The notes under the pieces: model-generated
The model's input: the letters and a program-made list of their open reading frames with translations, nothing else
Database searches by the model: none
Told to the model about the DNA's origin: nothing
Position numbers and translations under genes: made by a program
Shown here: positions 9,519 to 19,067 of the stretch, piece by piece
Numbering within the stretch: position 1 is the first letter of the stretch
Layout of the letters: the number at the start of each line of letters is the position of its first letter
Virus record (IMG/VR): IMGVR_UViG_3300023274_000001
Span: 64,001-128,000 of that record
DNA length: 64,000 nt
Reading direction: 5' to 3' (one strand)
Source: an uncultured virus (IMG/VR IMGVR_UViG_3300023274_000001)
Taxonomy: Duplodnaviria; Heunggongvirae; Uroviricota; Caudoviricetes

Positions 9519-10214
9519 GTGAATGTTCTGCTGAAAGGTGTCGTGGGCTCCACGGCCTACGGCTTGAACCACGAAAATTCCGATGTGGACTACATGGGGG
9601 TTTTCGCGGCGCCGACGAGTGAAGTTCTCGGGCTGGACGATGTGAAGGAATCGGTGGTGACCAAGGACCCCGATACCACCTTCCACGAGGCGAAGAAGTT
9701 CGTCACCCTCTGCCTCAACGGGAACCCCTCGGTCTCCGAGCTGCTGTGGCTGGACCGGTATGAGCAGATGAGCGACCTGGGGGCGATGCTGGTGAACCTG
9801 CGTCACTCCTTCCTCTCGAAGGCCCGGGTGCGCGACGCCTATCTGGGATACGCGACCAGCCAGTTCACCCGGCTGAAGGACCGGGGCGACGGATCCTTCT
9901 CGGCCGACACGCGCAAGCGCACGGAAAAGCACGCCCGCCACCTGGTTCGGCTCGTCGAACAGGGCTTCCACCTGTACATCACGGGCGAGCTGGTCGTCGA
10001 CCTGCGCAGCAACGCGAGCGAGATCAGCCCTGAGCGCGTCTTCGAACTGGGGCAGGCCATTGCCCAGGATCCCGCCCGGGGAGAGAAGTACATGCGGCTG
10101 GCCGGGGCCCGGTTCGACCAGGCGAAAAGCCCGCTGCCAGAAAAGCCCAGCCGCAAGGTCGTCGAGAGCTGGCTGATCAAGGTCAGGCGTTCCGACTGGG
10201 GGATGAACGGATGA
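9519..10214 (+). CDS. Pol-beta-superfamily nucleotidyltransferase (RlaP/PF10127-like)
   Basis: GSTAYGLNHENSDVDYMGVF signature, NGNPSVSELLW, KHARHLVRL; strong RBS. Confidence 0.88.
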   Translation: MNVLLKGVVGSTAYGLNHENSDVDYMGVFAAPTSEVLGLDDVKESVVTKDPDTTFHEAKKFVTLCLNGNPSVSELLWLDRYEQMSDLGAMLVNLRHSFLSKARVRDAYLGYATSQFTRLKDRGDGSFSADTRKRTEKHARHLVRLVEQGFHLYITGELVVDLRSNASEISPERVFELGQAIAQDPARGEKYMRLAGARFDQAKSPLPEKPSRKVVESWLIKVRRSDWGMNG

Positions 10215-10555
10215 TCATCCCTTCACGCACCCGCTGGGAGTTCCGGCTTTCCGACGACGGCTACCGGATGGCCTTCTGGGATCCGGGCAACGAGCCGTGG
10301 TTCATGCCCGTGGCCAACATGCAGGGCAGGTTCTACGGCCCGGTCGAGCTGGACACCATGAAGGACCACAACGGCCGGAAGATCGACTGGGTTCGCTTCC
10401 TGCCCACGGACCGGGCGGCTCGCGAGGTTCTTCAGGTGGTGGCCGAATGGGCGGAAGGCGAGCCCGCAGACAGTGAGGCTGTCGGCCGTCTGGCTTTCCA
10501 GCTCGGCCGCAAGGGCTACCGGATCCCGGAGCCCGGAGAGGAGGACGATGAGTGA
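10211..10555 (+). CDS. Hypothetical protein
   Basis: ATGA coupling. Confidence 0.65.
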   Translation: MIIPSRTRWEFRLSDDGYRMAFWDPGNEPWFMPVANMQGRFYGPVELDTMKDHNGRKIDWVRFLPTDRAAREVLQVVAEWAEGEPADSEAVGRLAFQLGRKGYRIPEPGEEDDE

Positions 10556-10799
10556 CGAACGCGTTCGCGCCCTGGAGATCGGTCTGCGTCAGCTCCGCGC
10601 GGCCAGCGCCTTGCTGATCGACGAGTACGAGCGGATGCAGCGCACCGGTCAGTTCGAGAATCCGCAGCTCGCCGCTGCGGCGCTGCACGAGGTGGATCGG
10701 ATGGTCACCTTTCTCGCAGTGGCCGGTCTGGACAAGGTCAGGTACGACGGCAGCCACGTGAACGAGCTGCTGCGCCGTGGCAAGGAGGAAGAATCGTGA
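10548..10799 (+). CDS. Hypothetical protein
   Basis: GGAGGA RBS. Confidence 0.6.
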   Translation: MSDERVRALEIGLRQLRAASALLIDEYERMQRTGQFENPQLAAAALHEVDRMVTFLAVAGLDKVRYDGSHVNELLRRGKEEES

Positions 10800-11170
10800 G
10801 CGAGGACAAGACGGCCGCCGACGAGGACACGATCAGCGTGCCCCTCCCGGAGGCCGAGCAGGAGACCGAACCCGAGCAGGTGAGTGACGCCGAGCGCCTG
10901 GAGAAGCTGGCGGTCGATCTCGGTGACGTGCGTTCCGCGATGGAGTCGGTGGGCCGGGCCCTGGCAGTTCTGTCGACCGAGTTCGAGCGGCTGAGCACGC
11001 TCGTGATCGGCGAGGAGGACACCATCATCCACGCCTGCCCGCCCAGCGGTTCCGGGCTGATGCCCTGCTGCGGCCGGAGCCCGATCGACGTACCGCTCAC
11101 GGAGCGCATCTCCATGGACGGTACGGCCGTTACGTGTGCCGGGGTCCAGAAGGCTCTCCCGCCAAGCTGA
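10796..11170 (+). CDS. Hypothetical protein
   Basis: RBS; C-terminal HACP...MPCCG motif. Confidence 0.65.
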   Translation: MSEDKTAADEDTISVPLPEAEQETEPEQVSDAERLEKLAVDLGDVRSAMESVGRALAVLSTEFERLSTLVIGEEDTIIHACPPSGSGLMPCCGRSPIDVPLTERISMDGTAVTCAGVQKALPPS

Positions 11171-11184
11171 AGGAGGTGAGCTGC

Positions 11185-11592
11185 ATGGCCAGTCACCAGA
11201 CGAACGCGCTCAGGGATTTCTCCGCGTCGCTCGGCTGTGTCGCGGTAAGCGTCCTGTTCGTGGTGGCTGGCCTGTGGCCGCTCTCCCTCATCTCCTTGTA
11301 TGTCGCGACACTCCTTCTGTGGAGCGGATGGCGACAGAAGGCGAAGGCGGAACGCCGCGAGGCGGAGATCGAATGGTGGGCCCGAGCGAAGAAGGGGATC
11401 GAGCAAGATCCACTGAATCCCTGCTGCCTCCAGTTCGACGACACCGGCCATTTGCACGACGAGACGGTTTGCACTCGGTACCGATATCGGCGACCCAGGC
11501 AGATCACGCGCGAAGAGCGCATTGAGATCGATCGGGAGTGGCAGCAGATCATTTCACGTCTGCACGATCCCGAATACGGAGAAGAGGCGTGA
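11185..11592 (+). CDS. Membrane protein
   Basis: AGGAGG RBS; two hydrophobic segments. Confidence 0.65.
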   Translation: MASHQTNALRDFSASLGCVAVSVLFVVAGLWPLSLISLYVATLLLWSGWRQKAKAERREAEIEWWARAKKGIEQDPLNPCCLQFDDTGHLHDETVCTRYRYRRPRQITREERIEIDREWQQIISRLHDPEYGEEA

Positions 11593-12224
11593 TGCTGGAA
11601 GACCTGAACACGGTGCATGACCTGACGGGGCGGATCGAGAGACTGCGCGCCGGAGAGGACCGCAGCGAACCCGCCGAGGGGGTCCGGCTCAGCCCCGGCC
11701 AGTGGTGGCACCGCCTCCTGGAGCTGGAGCCGCAGGATCGCCTGACCCGCCTGGAAGAGCTGCTGAAGTGCGTCGACAAGGGCCTCGCCTGCGAAGCCCA
11801 CATGCACGAGGAGAACCTGGAAGACCTCCGGCAGCACGCCGTTCTGGTGTCGCACCGGAGCCAGCAGTGGCAGACGGCCCGGCGGCTGCTCAGCATCTAC
11901 GTCCAGACGCTTCGTAAGGACGCGGAAGGGGAAACCACCAGGGGCCACGTGGCCGACAAGCTGGAGCTGTTCCTGACGTCGGGCGAGGAGAAGGTGGACA
12001 GCCGGTGCCGCCGGGTTCTCTGCGGTCACACCTGGGCGGAGGCAGGCCGGACCTTCGAATGCGCTGAGCCGGTCGGACCCGACGGCGGTCACTTCGGCGA
12101 GCACTACGCGTACGTGCGTGAGGGATCGGCGGCCGACGAAGAGCTGCGGATGCAGTACCTGGAGGAGGAGAACCGTGAGCTTCGTGCCCGTCTGGGTCTC
12201 CCGCCGAACCCCGCCAGGACATGA
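11589..12224 (+). CDS. Hypothetical protein
   Basis: GTGA coupling; codon usage. Confidence 0.65.
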   Translation: MMLEDLNTVHDLTGRIERLRAGEDRSEPAEGVRLSPGQWWHRLLELEPQDRLTRLEELLKCVDKGLACEAHMHEENLEDLRQHAVLVSHRSQQWQTARRLLSIYVQTLRKDAEGETTRGHVADKLELFLTSGEEKVDSRCRRVLCGHTWAEAGRTFECAEPVGPDGGHFGEHYAYVREGSAADEELRMQYLEEENRELRARLGLPPNPART

Positions 12225-12477
12225 ACCCGCGCTGGACCGCCTGACCGAGCTGTGGTGGGCGGTGTTCCGCTGGCCGGAGAGCGAGAGGGAAGCGGCCCGG
12301 CGTGACGTCAACCAGCAGCAGCGCGAGAGGGAAGCGCGCGATGGGTGAACACGCCGCACCCCGGACGTACGGAGTGCGCTCCGCATGGATGAAGCTGATG
12401 CGCTGCCTGCGGTGGCGTACGGCGAAAGAGCTTTCAGAGAGGTGGGGCGGCTGGCGCCGCCCCTGAGAAGGGAAGAC

Positions 12478-12687
12478 GTGGAGAGCTTTACGGCGCAAGG
12501 GCGCTGGAACGAGCAGGGCAAGAAGTGGGTCGTCTCGGTGGACAACCCGCCGCACTTCGGGGCGGCAACCGCAGAAGGGCACAGCAGGACCGAGGCGAAG
12601 GACGGAATCACCGACCTGCTCGCCATGCTGCTGGGTCACCGCAACTTCAACGTGCAGGTGTCGTTCGAGGAGGAGCTTCGTGGCTGA
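12478..12687 (+). CDS. HicB-like antitoxin N-terminal domain
   Basis: WVVSVD...ATAEGHSRTEAKDGITDLLAM resembles the HicB partial RNase H fold. Confidence 0.5.
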   Translation: MESFTAQGRWNEQGKKWVVSVDNPPHFGAATAEGHSRTEAKDGITDLLAMLLGHRNFNVQVSFEEELRG

Positions 12688-13108
12688 CGTCAGAGATCCC
12701 GAGAGGGATCAGCCCGCACCCAAGCCGGGCAAGCTGCCGGTCCAGGAGATCATGATCCTGGCGATCCAGGAGCGCCGCGCCTACGGCAAGAGGAAGTACG
12801 GCCGGATCCTGGAGACCGACAATGGCCGCGACGCCCTGAAGGACGCCTGGGAAGAAGCTCTCGACCTGTTCACGTACCTCACCCAGGCCCGCCTGGAGCG
12901 CGGGGATCACATCGAGGGCATGGAGAATCTGGCCGGATCACCTGAGCTGGAGTTCGATCCCGACCAGGGTCTGGCCGATCAGCGCGTCGCTTCCGAGGCG
13001 AGGGCCCTGATCCCGGAGAGCTGCGCCCTGTGCAGGCATGAGCCCCACGTTCCGGGCCGCTGCCGGTTCCGGCCGCCTGGCCGACTGGCGTGCACCTGCG
13101 GACTGTGA
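12680..13108 (+). CDS. Probable MazG-like nucleotide pyrophosphohydrolase
   Basis: ERRAYGKRKYG...NGRDALKDAWEEALDLFTY (EExxD). Confidence 0.5.
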   Translation: MADVRDPERDQPAPKPGKLPVQEIMILAIQERRAYGKRKYGRILETDNGRDALKDAWEEALDLFTYLTQARLERGDHIEGMENLAGSPELEFDPDQGLADQRVASEARALIPESCALCRHEPHVPGRCRFRPPGRLACTCGL

Positions 13109-13112
13109 GCAT

Positions 13113-13153
13113 GCCGAAGGCCCGACCTGTAGGAACAAGGCCGGGCCTTCGGT
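13113..13153. terminator. Bidirectional terminator hairpin between convergent genes
   Basis: CCGAAGGCCCG...CGGGCCTTCGG inverted repeat. Confidence 0.75.
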
Positions 13154-13163
13154 GTCTTCCGGG

Positions 13164-13979
13164 TCAGGCGGTGAACGGAACCGTCACGGCCTGGCTGCCG
13201 CCACGGGTGGCGTTGTCGTCGTCGGTGACCACGAGGGTGTAGTCGCCCGGCGCCGCGTAGGCGTGGGTGACCGGCGTGCCGTCGCCCGGGTTGGCCAGGA
13301 CGCCGCTGCCGTCACCCGGATCCACGGAGACCGAGCCCTCGCCCTTGTTGTCGACGGTGACGGTGACCGTCATGCGCGAGGCGTCGGTGGTGTCCTCGGT
13401 GACGGTGAGCGCCAGCGGGTCGGGCTGCGGGTCCTGCTCCGGCACGGCCGGACCGGCGTTGATCTGGACGGTCGCGGTACCGGCGGGCACCACGTCCACG
13501 GCCAGGGTCGCCTCCAGCGGCGGCTCGACATCGGTGACGCGCACGGTCAGTACGGTGCTGCCGGGGGCGCCGGAGATGACCCAGCCCTTCTGGTCGTCGC
13601 CCGCGTCGAGCTGGACGGTCGCCACGGTCTCGTCGGCCACCGACCACTCCACGGTGGCGTCGGTCGGGTAGCCCGCCGCGTCCCGGGTGTCGATCGCGAC
13701 GCTGAACTTCTCGCCAGTGTTGATCTGCACGGTTTCTCCCTCTTCGGCAGTGTGCTTCGGCCAGGTCACGTCGGAGTCTTCGCCGACCGCTGGGCCGACT
13801 CTGAGGATGAGCCGGGTTACGCCAACGAGCCAGCCGTAGAAGCGGTTCGCCCTCTCCAGCATCACCTGCGTCGCCGCGTCGGTGTACTCACCCGGCTCTG
13901 GCAGGGTGGTGGCGAAGGTGCCCGCCGCTTCCCGGAGAGCTGCGATCCTGAGATCCCGCGTCTCGTCGGGTGTTGCCAC
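13164..13979 (-). CDS. Ig-like/PKD-domain virion protein
   Basis: VEWSVADETVATV (Ig-like), DPGDGS...THAYAAPGDYTLVVTD (PKD); AAGGAG RBS before GTG 13979. Confidence 0.75.
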   Translation of the reverse strand: MATPDETRDLRIAALREAAGTFATTLPEPGEYTDAATQVMLERANRFYGWLVGVTRLILRVGPAVGEDSDVTWPKHTAEEGETVQINTGEKFSVAIDTRDAAGYPTDATVEWSVADETVATVQLDAGDDQKGWVISGAPGSTVLTVRVTDVEPPLEATLAVDVVPAGTATVQINAGPAVPEQDPQPDPLALTVTEDTTDASRMTVTVTVDNKGEGSVSVDPGDGSGVLANPGDGTPVTHAYAAPGDYTLVVTDDDNATRGGSQAVTVPFTA

Positions 13980-14042
13980 GGTCACTCCTTGTCTCTCAGG
14001 AGGAGCGTACGGCATCTCGGACCAACGGCAGGAAAATGGCCC

Positions 14043-14173
14043 AGAAAATCCGGAAGCCCCCACCTTGCGGCGGGGGCTCTTCGGAAAGGAGAAGAAACGT
14101 GGCCGTGACGGAGTCCTGGGGACTCGCACAAGGACGGTTCCTTCTTGGGCGGGGAGGGTGAGTCCTCGCCACA
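14043..14173 (-). ncRNA. Putative small RNA bounded by a promoter-like element and an intrinsic terminator
   Basis: TGGCGT-N18-TATCTT upstream; GUGGC/GCCAC and GGACUC/GAGUCC stems; GC hairpin with GCAA loop followed by UUUUCU. Confidence 0.45.
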
Positions 14174-14354
14174 CCCATAAGATACCCGAGGTGGGGGGCT
14201 TTACGCCAGTTCCTGCTGGCCTCGTCATGCAATTGCACGCGAAGAGGGCCCCCCAGTCGCACATGGGGGACCCTCTTGCTGCCCGGCAGGAACGGAGACC
14301 GGGCAGGGGCGGTCGGGATCAATCCCGGGTCACCCGCCGCCCGGCTTCACCGGT

Positions 14355-15668
14355 TCAGGAACCCGAGGGACCCGAGACCGAACCGCCGCCGATGGAGGCC
14401 ATGGACAGCGCCGCCTCTTCGCCCGTACCCAGCGAGACCGCCACCGCCGAGGCGTCGATACCGGCAGCGCCGATGATCGAGCGGACCCGGTACTGGATGT
14501 CGTCGTGGGAGAACGAGCCCTCGAAGGCGTTGATCTCGCCACCGCCGAGCGCACGGCCCGTGTCGCCCATCACGCGGACCTCGGGGGTCTCGTGACCGCG
14601 CAGGAACGCGGTGACGATGGCCGGGCCGCGCTCCGTCTGGCCACCGGCCGGAACCAGGTACCAGGTCGAAGCGGCGTTCGCCGAGGTGTCGATGAGCGGC
14701 AGCCACGGGGACTCCACGACCGTGAAGCGGCCCGCGACCGGCGAGGAGACGTTCTGGCGCATCTCCGTGCCGTCGGGAAGCTGGCGCACCCGCAGGTACG
14801 TGGTTCCCTGGGCGATCTCCTGCGCCGTGAGCGCGAGAGACGGCGGAACGAGGAGCACGAAGTTCTGCACCCGGACCTGGCGGCCGTTGACCTGCCGCAT
14901 CCCGATGTAGTTGATCGCGTGCTCCAGCGCGTCGAGCGTCAGCGGCGGGTTGCCCGGCACGTAGTTGCCCGCCGGGGCCTGACCGCCGAAGTCCTCGGTC
15001 GTGTTGAAGAAGTCCGCGTTCGGGCCCGTTGCCGTGGCCAGAACACCGGTCGTCAGCACGTCCTCGGTGTCGCGCGCCCACCGTGCCATCTCGGTGGGGA
15101 GCTGCTGGAGAACCCGCAGCTCGTCGTTCATGAACGCTTCCCACGAGAAGGGGAAACGCGCACCGTACTTGTTGACGAAGTAGTCCGTGCCCTCGGTCGT
15201 GAGGTTGAAGGTCGGGTACTCCGTCAGCTCCGGGATGCGCGGCAGGGCCCGGACGTGGCGCTCGGCGCCGCCGTTGTAGTCGGTCGTCTGCGACTGACCT
15301 GCCACGGTGTCCCAGCGGACCATGCGGGCCGGACGGAAGTCCGGAACCGTGGTGCGCACCGAGAAGGTCGGCCACTGCTGCGGAAGATCCGCATACTGGC
15401 CGAGCATGCTCGCCTGCGAGATCGACTGGAACAGCAGCGGGAAGTCGCCACTGGAGACGGCCTCGCGCAGGCGGCCCATTGCGACCGGGGAGCCGAACTC
15501 CGCCTCACGCTTGAGGCGCAGGAACTCGACGGCCTTGTTGAGCTTCAGCAGGCGGGAGTCCGCCGACTCGCGGATGGCGACCCGACGCTTGTTGTGGGCC
15601 TCGGCGATGCGCTCGAACTCGGGGTTCGTGGTCGCCTTGATTCCGTCGAGGAAGGTGATCGCGCTCAT
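14355..15668 (-). CDS. Major capsid protein
   Basis: SSGDFPLL, VPDFRP, KYGARFPFSWEAFMNDEL, LLVPPSL motifs (Mu gpT-like HK97 fold). Confidence 0.92.
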   Translation of the reverse strand: MSAITFLDGIKATTNPEFERIAEAHNKRRVAIRESADSRLLKLNKAVEFLRLKREAEFGSPVAMGRLREAVSSGDFPLLFQSISQASMLGQYADLPQQWPTFSVRTTVPDFRPARMVRWDTVAGQSQTTDYNGGAERHVRALPRIPELTEYPTFNLTTEGTDYFVNKYGARFPFSWEAFMNDELRVLQQLPTEMARWARDTEDVLTTGVLATATGPNADFFNTTEDFGGQAPAGNYVPGNPPLTLDALEHAINYIGMRQVNGRQVRVQNFVLLVPPSLALTAQEIAQGTTYLRVRQLPDGTEMRQNVSSPVAGRFTVVESPWLPLIDTSANAASTWYLVPAGGQTERGPAIVTAFLRGHETPEVRVMGDTGRALGGGEINAFEGSFSHDDIQYRVRSIIGAAGIDASAVAVSLGTGEEAALSMASIGGGSVSGPSGS

Positions 15669-15685
15669 GTCTCAGATTCCTCCTC

Positions 15686-16174
15686 TCAGGAACCGGTGGC
15701 CAGCTTGTCGGCCACTGCGTTGGCGTCGCCCGGCGTGGGCTGGACGACTCGGACGATCGGAACCCCGGCCGTGGTCTGGCCGACGATGACGCCGAACCAC
15801 CCGTCGGCCTCGGAGTTCGCAACCAGCGTGGCGCGCGTCGAACCGGCGGCGACGTTGATGCCGACCGGCGTACCCGAACCCATCTCCTCCGCATCCCAGC
15901 CGGTGACCGGGAAGGCGAAGGCGCCGGTGAGGGCGATGGACGCCCAGCCCGGCTCCAGCGAGTTCGCGGTGTTGCGCGCGATGGAGACCGTGGTCATGCC
16001 GGTCGTGTAGGAAACCGGCTTGCCGCCGACCTCCTGCGCGAAGCCGACGATCGAACCGATCTTGACCGGGTCCCCGTTGATCGTGGGGTCGTCGTTGACC
16101 GCCGGGTCACTTCCCCGGAGCGGCAGCGGAAGGGAGATCCAGTCCGCGTACTTGAAGATCTCGTTCGTGGCCAT
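15686..16174 (-). CDS. Capsid decoration/cement protein (DUF2190-like)
   Basis: MATNEIF...GDPVKIGSIVGFA...GAFAFPV; between scaffold and capsid genes. Confidence 0.75.
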   Translation of the reverse strand: MATNEIFKYADWISLPLPLRGSDPAVNDDPTINGDPVKIGSIVGFAQEVGGKPVSYTTGMTTVSIARNTANSLEPGWASIALTGAFAFPVTGWDAEEMGSGTPVGINVAAGSTRATLVANSEADGWFGVIVGQTTAGVPIVRVVQPTPGDANAVADKLATGS

Positions 16175-17250
16175 CAGTAGGCACCCCCGCCCAGCAGGCT
16201 TCGGATCTCGGCGAGATCGCTGTCGCCCGCAGAGGAGAAGGTCGTCGAGGACTCGGTCAGACCGAGACCCGACGGCTCGCGGCCCTCGTTGAGTGCGCCG
16301 CGCTCGGTCTCCCGGCGGAGCTGCTTCAGGTACTCGCGCTCGTGGGTGATCGACTCGTGCAGGTCCTGGTCCGGACGGTAGGACTGCGCGATGCGGATCA
16401 TGGAGGGAAGCGGCAGCTTCGCCTCCAGGAGTTCGGTGAGAACGTCACCGGTCGTCTTGCTCTCCTTGAGCGCCTTGTCGGCGGTCTCGGCGCGGTCACG
16501 CAGGAACGTGATCGCTTCCTGGAGCTTGGCGTTCTCGGCTGCCTGCTTCTCGGACTGGCGGCGCGACTCCTGGATCTGCGAAGCCATGCGCGCCACGTCG
16601 ACGGAAAGCTGCTCGACGCGGTCGGAGAGAGTGTCCTTGAGGGCTGCCACCTCGCTGAGGAGGGCGCCCGTTCCGATGGTGGACGGAATCGCGGTTGCGG
16701 CCTGAGTGGCGGCACTCGCGGTCTGCTCGGCCGGAGGGGACTCCGGCGTGGCCGACTCGGTCATGGTGACGAGCCTTCCTCCCGCTCCAGCGCGGGTGAC
16801 GAGGTCAACAGAGAGACCTTGCTGAATGCTGCGCACAATACGCTGCCCAGCGGTCTCCTCGATCTGGCCTGCTGCACGGATCGAGAGACCGATCACGCTG
16901 TGCAGCTCCTTGGCGATCGGCTTGGCCTTCTCCGTGAACTGGATTCGGGAGAAGAGCCCGCGCCCCTCCGGTGTCTCTTCGAAGGTTGCGTCGTCGAGAA
17001 GGTACCCGGCGATTTTCAGGACGCTGCGTTCGGGCAGGTCCATCTCTTCCGACTCGGAAGGATGGTCGAAGTAGATGTGAGTCCCGGCAGGAAAGGCGCG
17101 AGCGCCATCCCGCTTGAGTACTTCGGCGGGGTAGTACCCGCTGGAGCCCTGCACGTCGGCAGCGATGAGGAGTGCTCGCCAGATGCCCTTCTCCGGCGAC
17201 TGGGCGTCCTCGGAGAGGATCGCGGTTTCCCGCAGTGTTTCCGTGGACAT
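16174..17250 (-). CDS. Capsid maturation protease / scaffold fusion
   Basis: GSSGYYPAEVL, YFDHP, IGLSIRA, SVDLVTRAGAGG; coiled-coil C-terminus. Confidence 0.85.
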   Translation of the reverse strand: MSTETLRETAILSEDAQSPEKGIWRALLIAADVQGSSGYYPAEVLKRDGARAFPAGTHIYFDHPSESEEMDLPERSVLKIAGYLLDDATFEETPEGRGLFSRIQFTEKAKPIAKELHSVIGLSIRAAGQIEETAGQRIVRSIQQGLSVDLVTRAGAGGRLVTMTESATPESPPAEQTASAATQAATAIPSTIGTGALLSEVAALKDTLSDRVEQLSVDVARMASQIQESRRQSEKQAAENAKLQEAITFLRDRAETADKALKESKTTGDVLTELLEAKLPLPSMIRIAQSYRPDQDLHESITHEREYLKQLRRETERGALNEGREPSGLGLTESSTTFSSAGDSDLAEIRSLLGGGAY

Positions 17251-17318
17251 GAGCCCCCTCACTGATCATCGACGAGCACAGCGTAATAGCATCCGAGGCC
17301 AAAAGTCTCGGCAGGATG

Positions 17319-19058
17319 CTATGAAGTTGATTCGTCTCGCAGTTCGTGGTCCGCGTAGGACATCGGTTCCGGCTGCTTCGGTGCGTCAGTTGAACGCGAA
17401 TTTCCTGCCTTCAGCGGGGATGGGGCACCGGGTCCACCGGTTCCTTCGGTGCCACTTCCTTCTGAATTACCGGGGGTTTCTGAGGAATTAGGCTCCTCCG
17501 TCTTCGGAGGTTCACCCTGTCCACTTCCGCCCGCAACATAGGGAAGATCCTCGACATCGGGTGCCTCGCGGTCGAAGTCCTGCCACTTGTCACCCCAGGC
17601 GTCGACCACCATGGCCCGTGCCTCATCGGCGGAGAACAGTCCGAGCCGGATCGCCATGTCGAGCGCCTGGAGCCTGCGGTGCACCGGCTCCTCGGAGATC
17701 TCCGGCCAGCGCAGGCGGACCTTCAGACCCAGCGTCTTGAAGATCTCCTTGAACATCTCGTCCATGACCTTCTGCCGGGCCTGCATCACGAGAATCGTGG
17801 AAGTGTCCAGCGAGGTGGCAGCCGCGTTGTTCGCGATCGAGGGATCCTCCAGCAGAGCCGGAAGCGGAACGTCGAGAGCTGCGGCGATCATGGCGGCGAG
17901 CGGGCGACCGGCGTCGAAGTCCACCTTCGTGTTGCCGCCGACGGCCGACAGATCCTGCCCGGCGCCCAGAACGGCCGAGGCTCCCACGTTCAGCGGCTGG
18001 CCGGTGGAAGGGTCGGTGCGCGGGGCCTGCGCCATCGCGGCGGCGGTACGGCGCACGGACCGAGAGCGGTCCGACGTGACCTTCCAGGCGAATCGTGCGT
18101 ACGCCTTGGTCAGGGTGGCACAGTTCTCCAGGTACTCCTTGTATGCCTTCGTCCACCAGACGGCAGGCAGCACGTCGGGGATTCCCCAGCGCCAGCCGGT
18201 AAGCCGGTTGAAGGGAACATGGACGAGCACCTTCGTGTGGTCGACCTTGTCACCTGCGATCTGCGCAGCACCCCGGTTGCGGCCGAGCGCCCGGATGCCA
18301 GCGGGTGTCGGGTACCAGACGTCCCGGAAGGAGAACCCGGCCCGGGTGGACCCGCCCGACACGCTGTCCCGGTCGGCCTTCATCCAGGTGCGCCCGCGCG
18401 CCGCCGCCTTCGGTGACGTGATCGGGTTCAGCTCGATGTTCGCTTCGAAGTCCAGCTCCAGATCCCAGTCGTTCCAGGTGCGCCGGATGTACAGCAGGCG
18501 CTCCCGGTTGCCGCGCTGGCTGACGCCTTCCGTGATCTCCTCGAACGGCACACGCAGGACTTCCTTGGTCCGGCGGTCCACCAGGAAGAAGAGATTCCCG
18601 TCGGTGCCGGAGGTCCGCTCCAGTTCGAGCTGGGCGAGTGTCCCGGTCAGTACCTCGTTGATTCCCTCGGGAAGCTCGGGCTCCAGGTTCACCGTCCTCG
18701 GACGGCCGGGCCCCTGGATGAACTCCTTCGGTACCACAGAGACCCCGGACCCCCACACGTAACCGGTGCGCACCCTCAGCCCCCGGCCGACGAGCGGATT
18801 CACGGTCGCCACGGCCCGGCACAGCTCGCTCGCGTGATGCAGGGCGTCGAGTGTGAAGGAGTTCGCGCTGTCGGAGAGGCCCATCAGCGGGCGCCACCCG
18901 ATGTCCTCGATGGCGAGCTGGGCCCGGCCGAATTCACCGGCTTCCCGCATCTCGTCAGAGACCAGACCCATCAGCTCCTCGTTGCGCGCTTCGAGGTTGC
19001 TCACGAAGGTCGTGATTTCCGTGTGAGACATCTCTTCGAGGGGCTTGGGCATCTGCAT
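17319..19058 (-). CDS. Portal protein
   Basis: 579 aa between terminase and protease; NPLVGRGLRVRTGYVWG, WRWGIPDVLPAVWW. Confidence 0.88.
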   Translation of the reverse strand: MQMPKPLEEMSHTEITTFVSNLEARNEELMGLVSDEMREAGEFGRAQLAIEDIGWRPLMGLSDSANSFTLDALHHASELCRAVATVNPLVGRGLRVRTGYVWGSGVSVVPKEFIQGPGRPRTVNLEPELPEGINEVLTGTLAQLELERTSGTDGNLFFLVDRRTKEVLRVPFEEITEGVSQRGNRERLLYIRRTWNDWDLELDFEANIELNPITSPKAAARGRTWMKADRDSVSGGSTRAGFSFRDVWYPTPAGIRALGRNRGAAQIAGDKVDHTKVLVHVPFNRLTGWRWGIPDVLPAVWWTKAYKEYLENCATLTKAYARFAWKVTSDRSRSVRRTAAAMAQAPRTDPSTGQPLNVGASAVLGAGQDLSAVGGNTKVDFDAGRPLAAMIAAALDVPLPALLEDPSIANNAAATSLDTSTILVMQARQKVMDEMFKEIFKTLGLKVRLRWPEISEEPVHRRLQALDMAIRLGLFSADEARAMVVDAWGDKWQDFDREAPDVEDLPYVAGGSGQGEPPKTEEPNSSETPGNSEGSGTEGTGGPGAPSPLKAGNSRSTDAPKQPEPMSYADHELRDESTS

Positions 19059-19067
19059 GCGATCACC

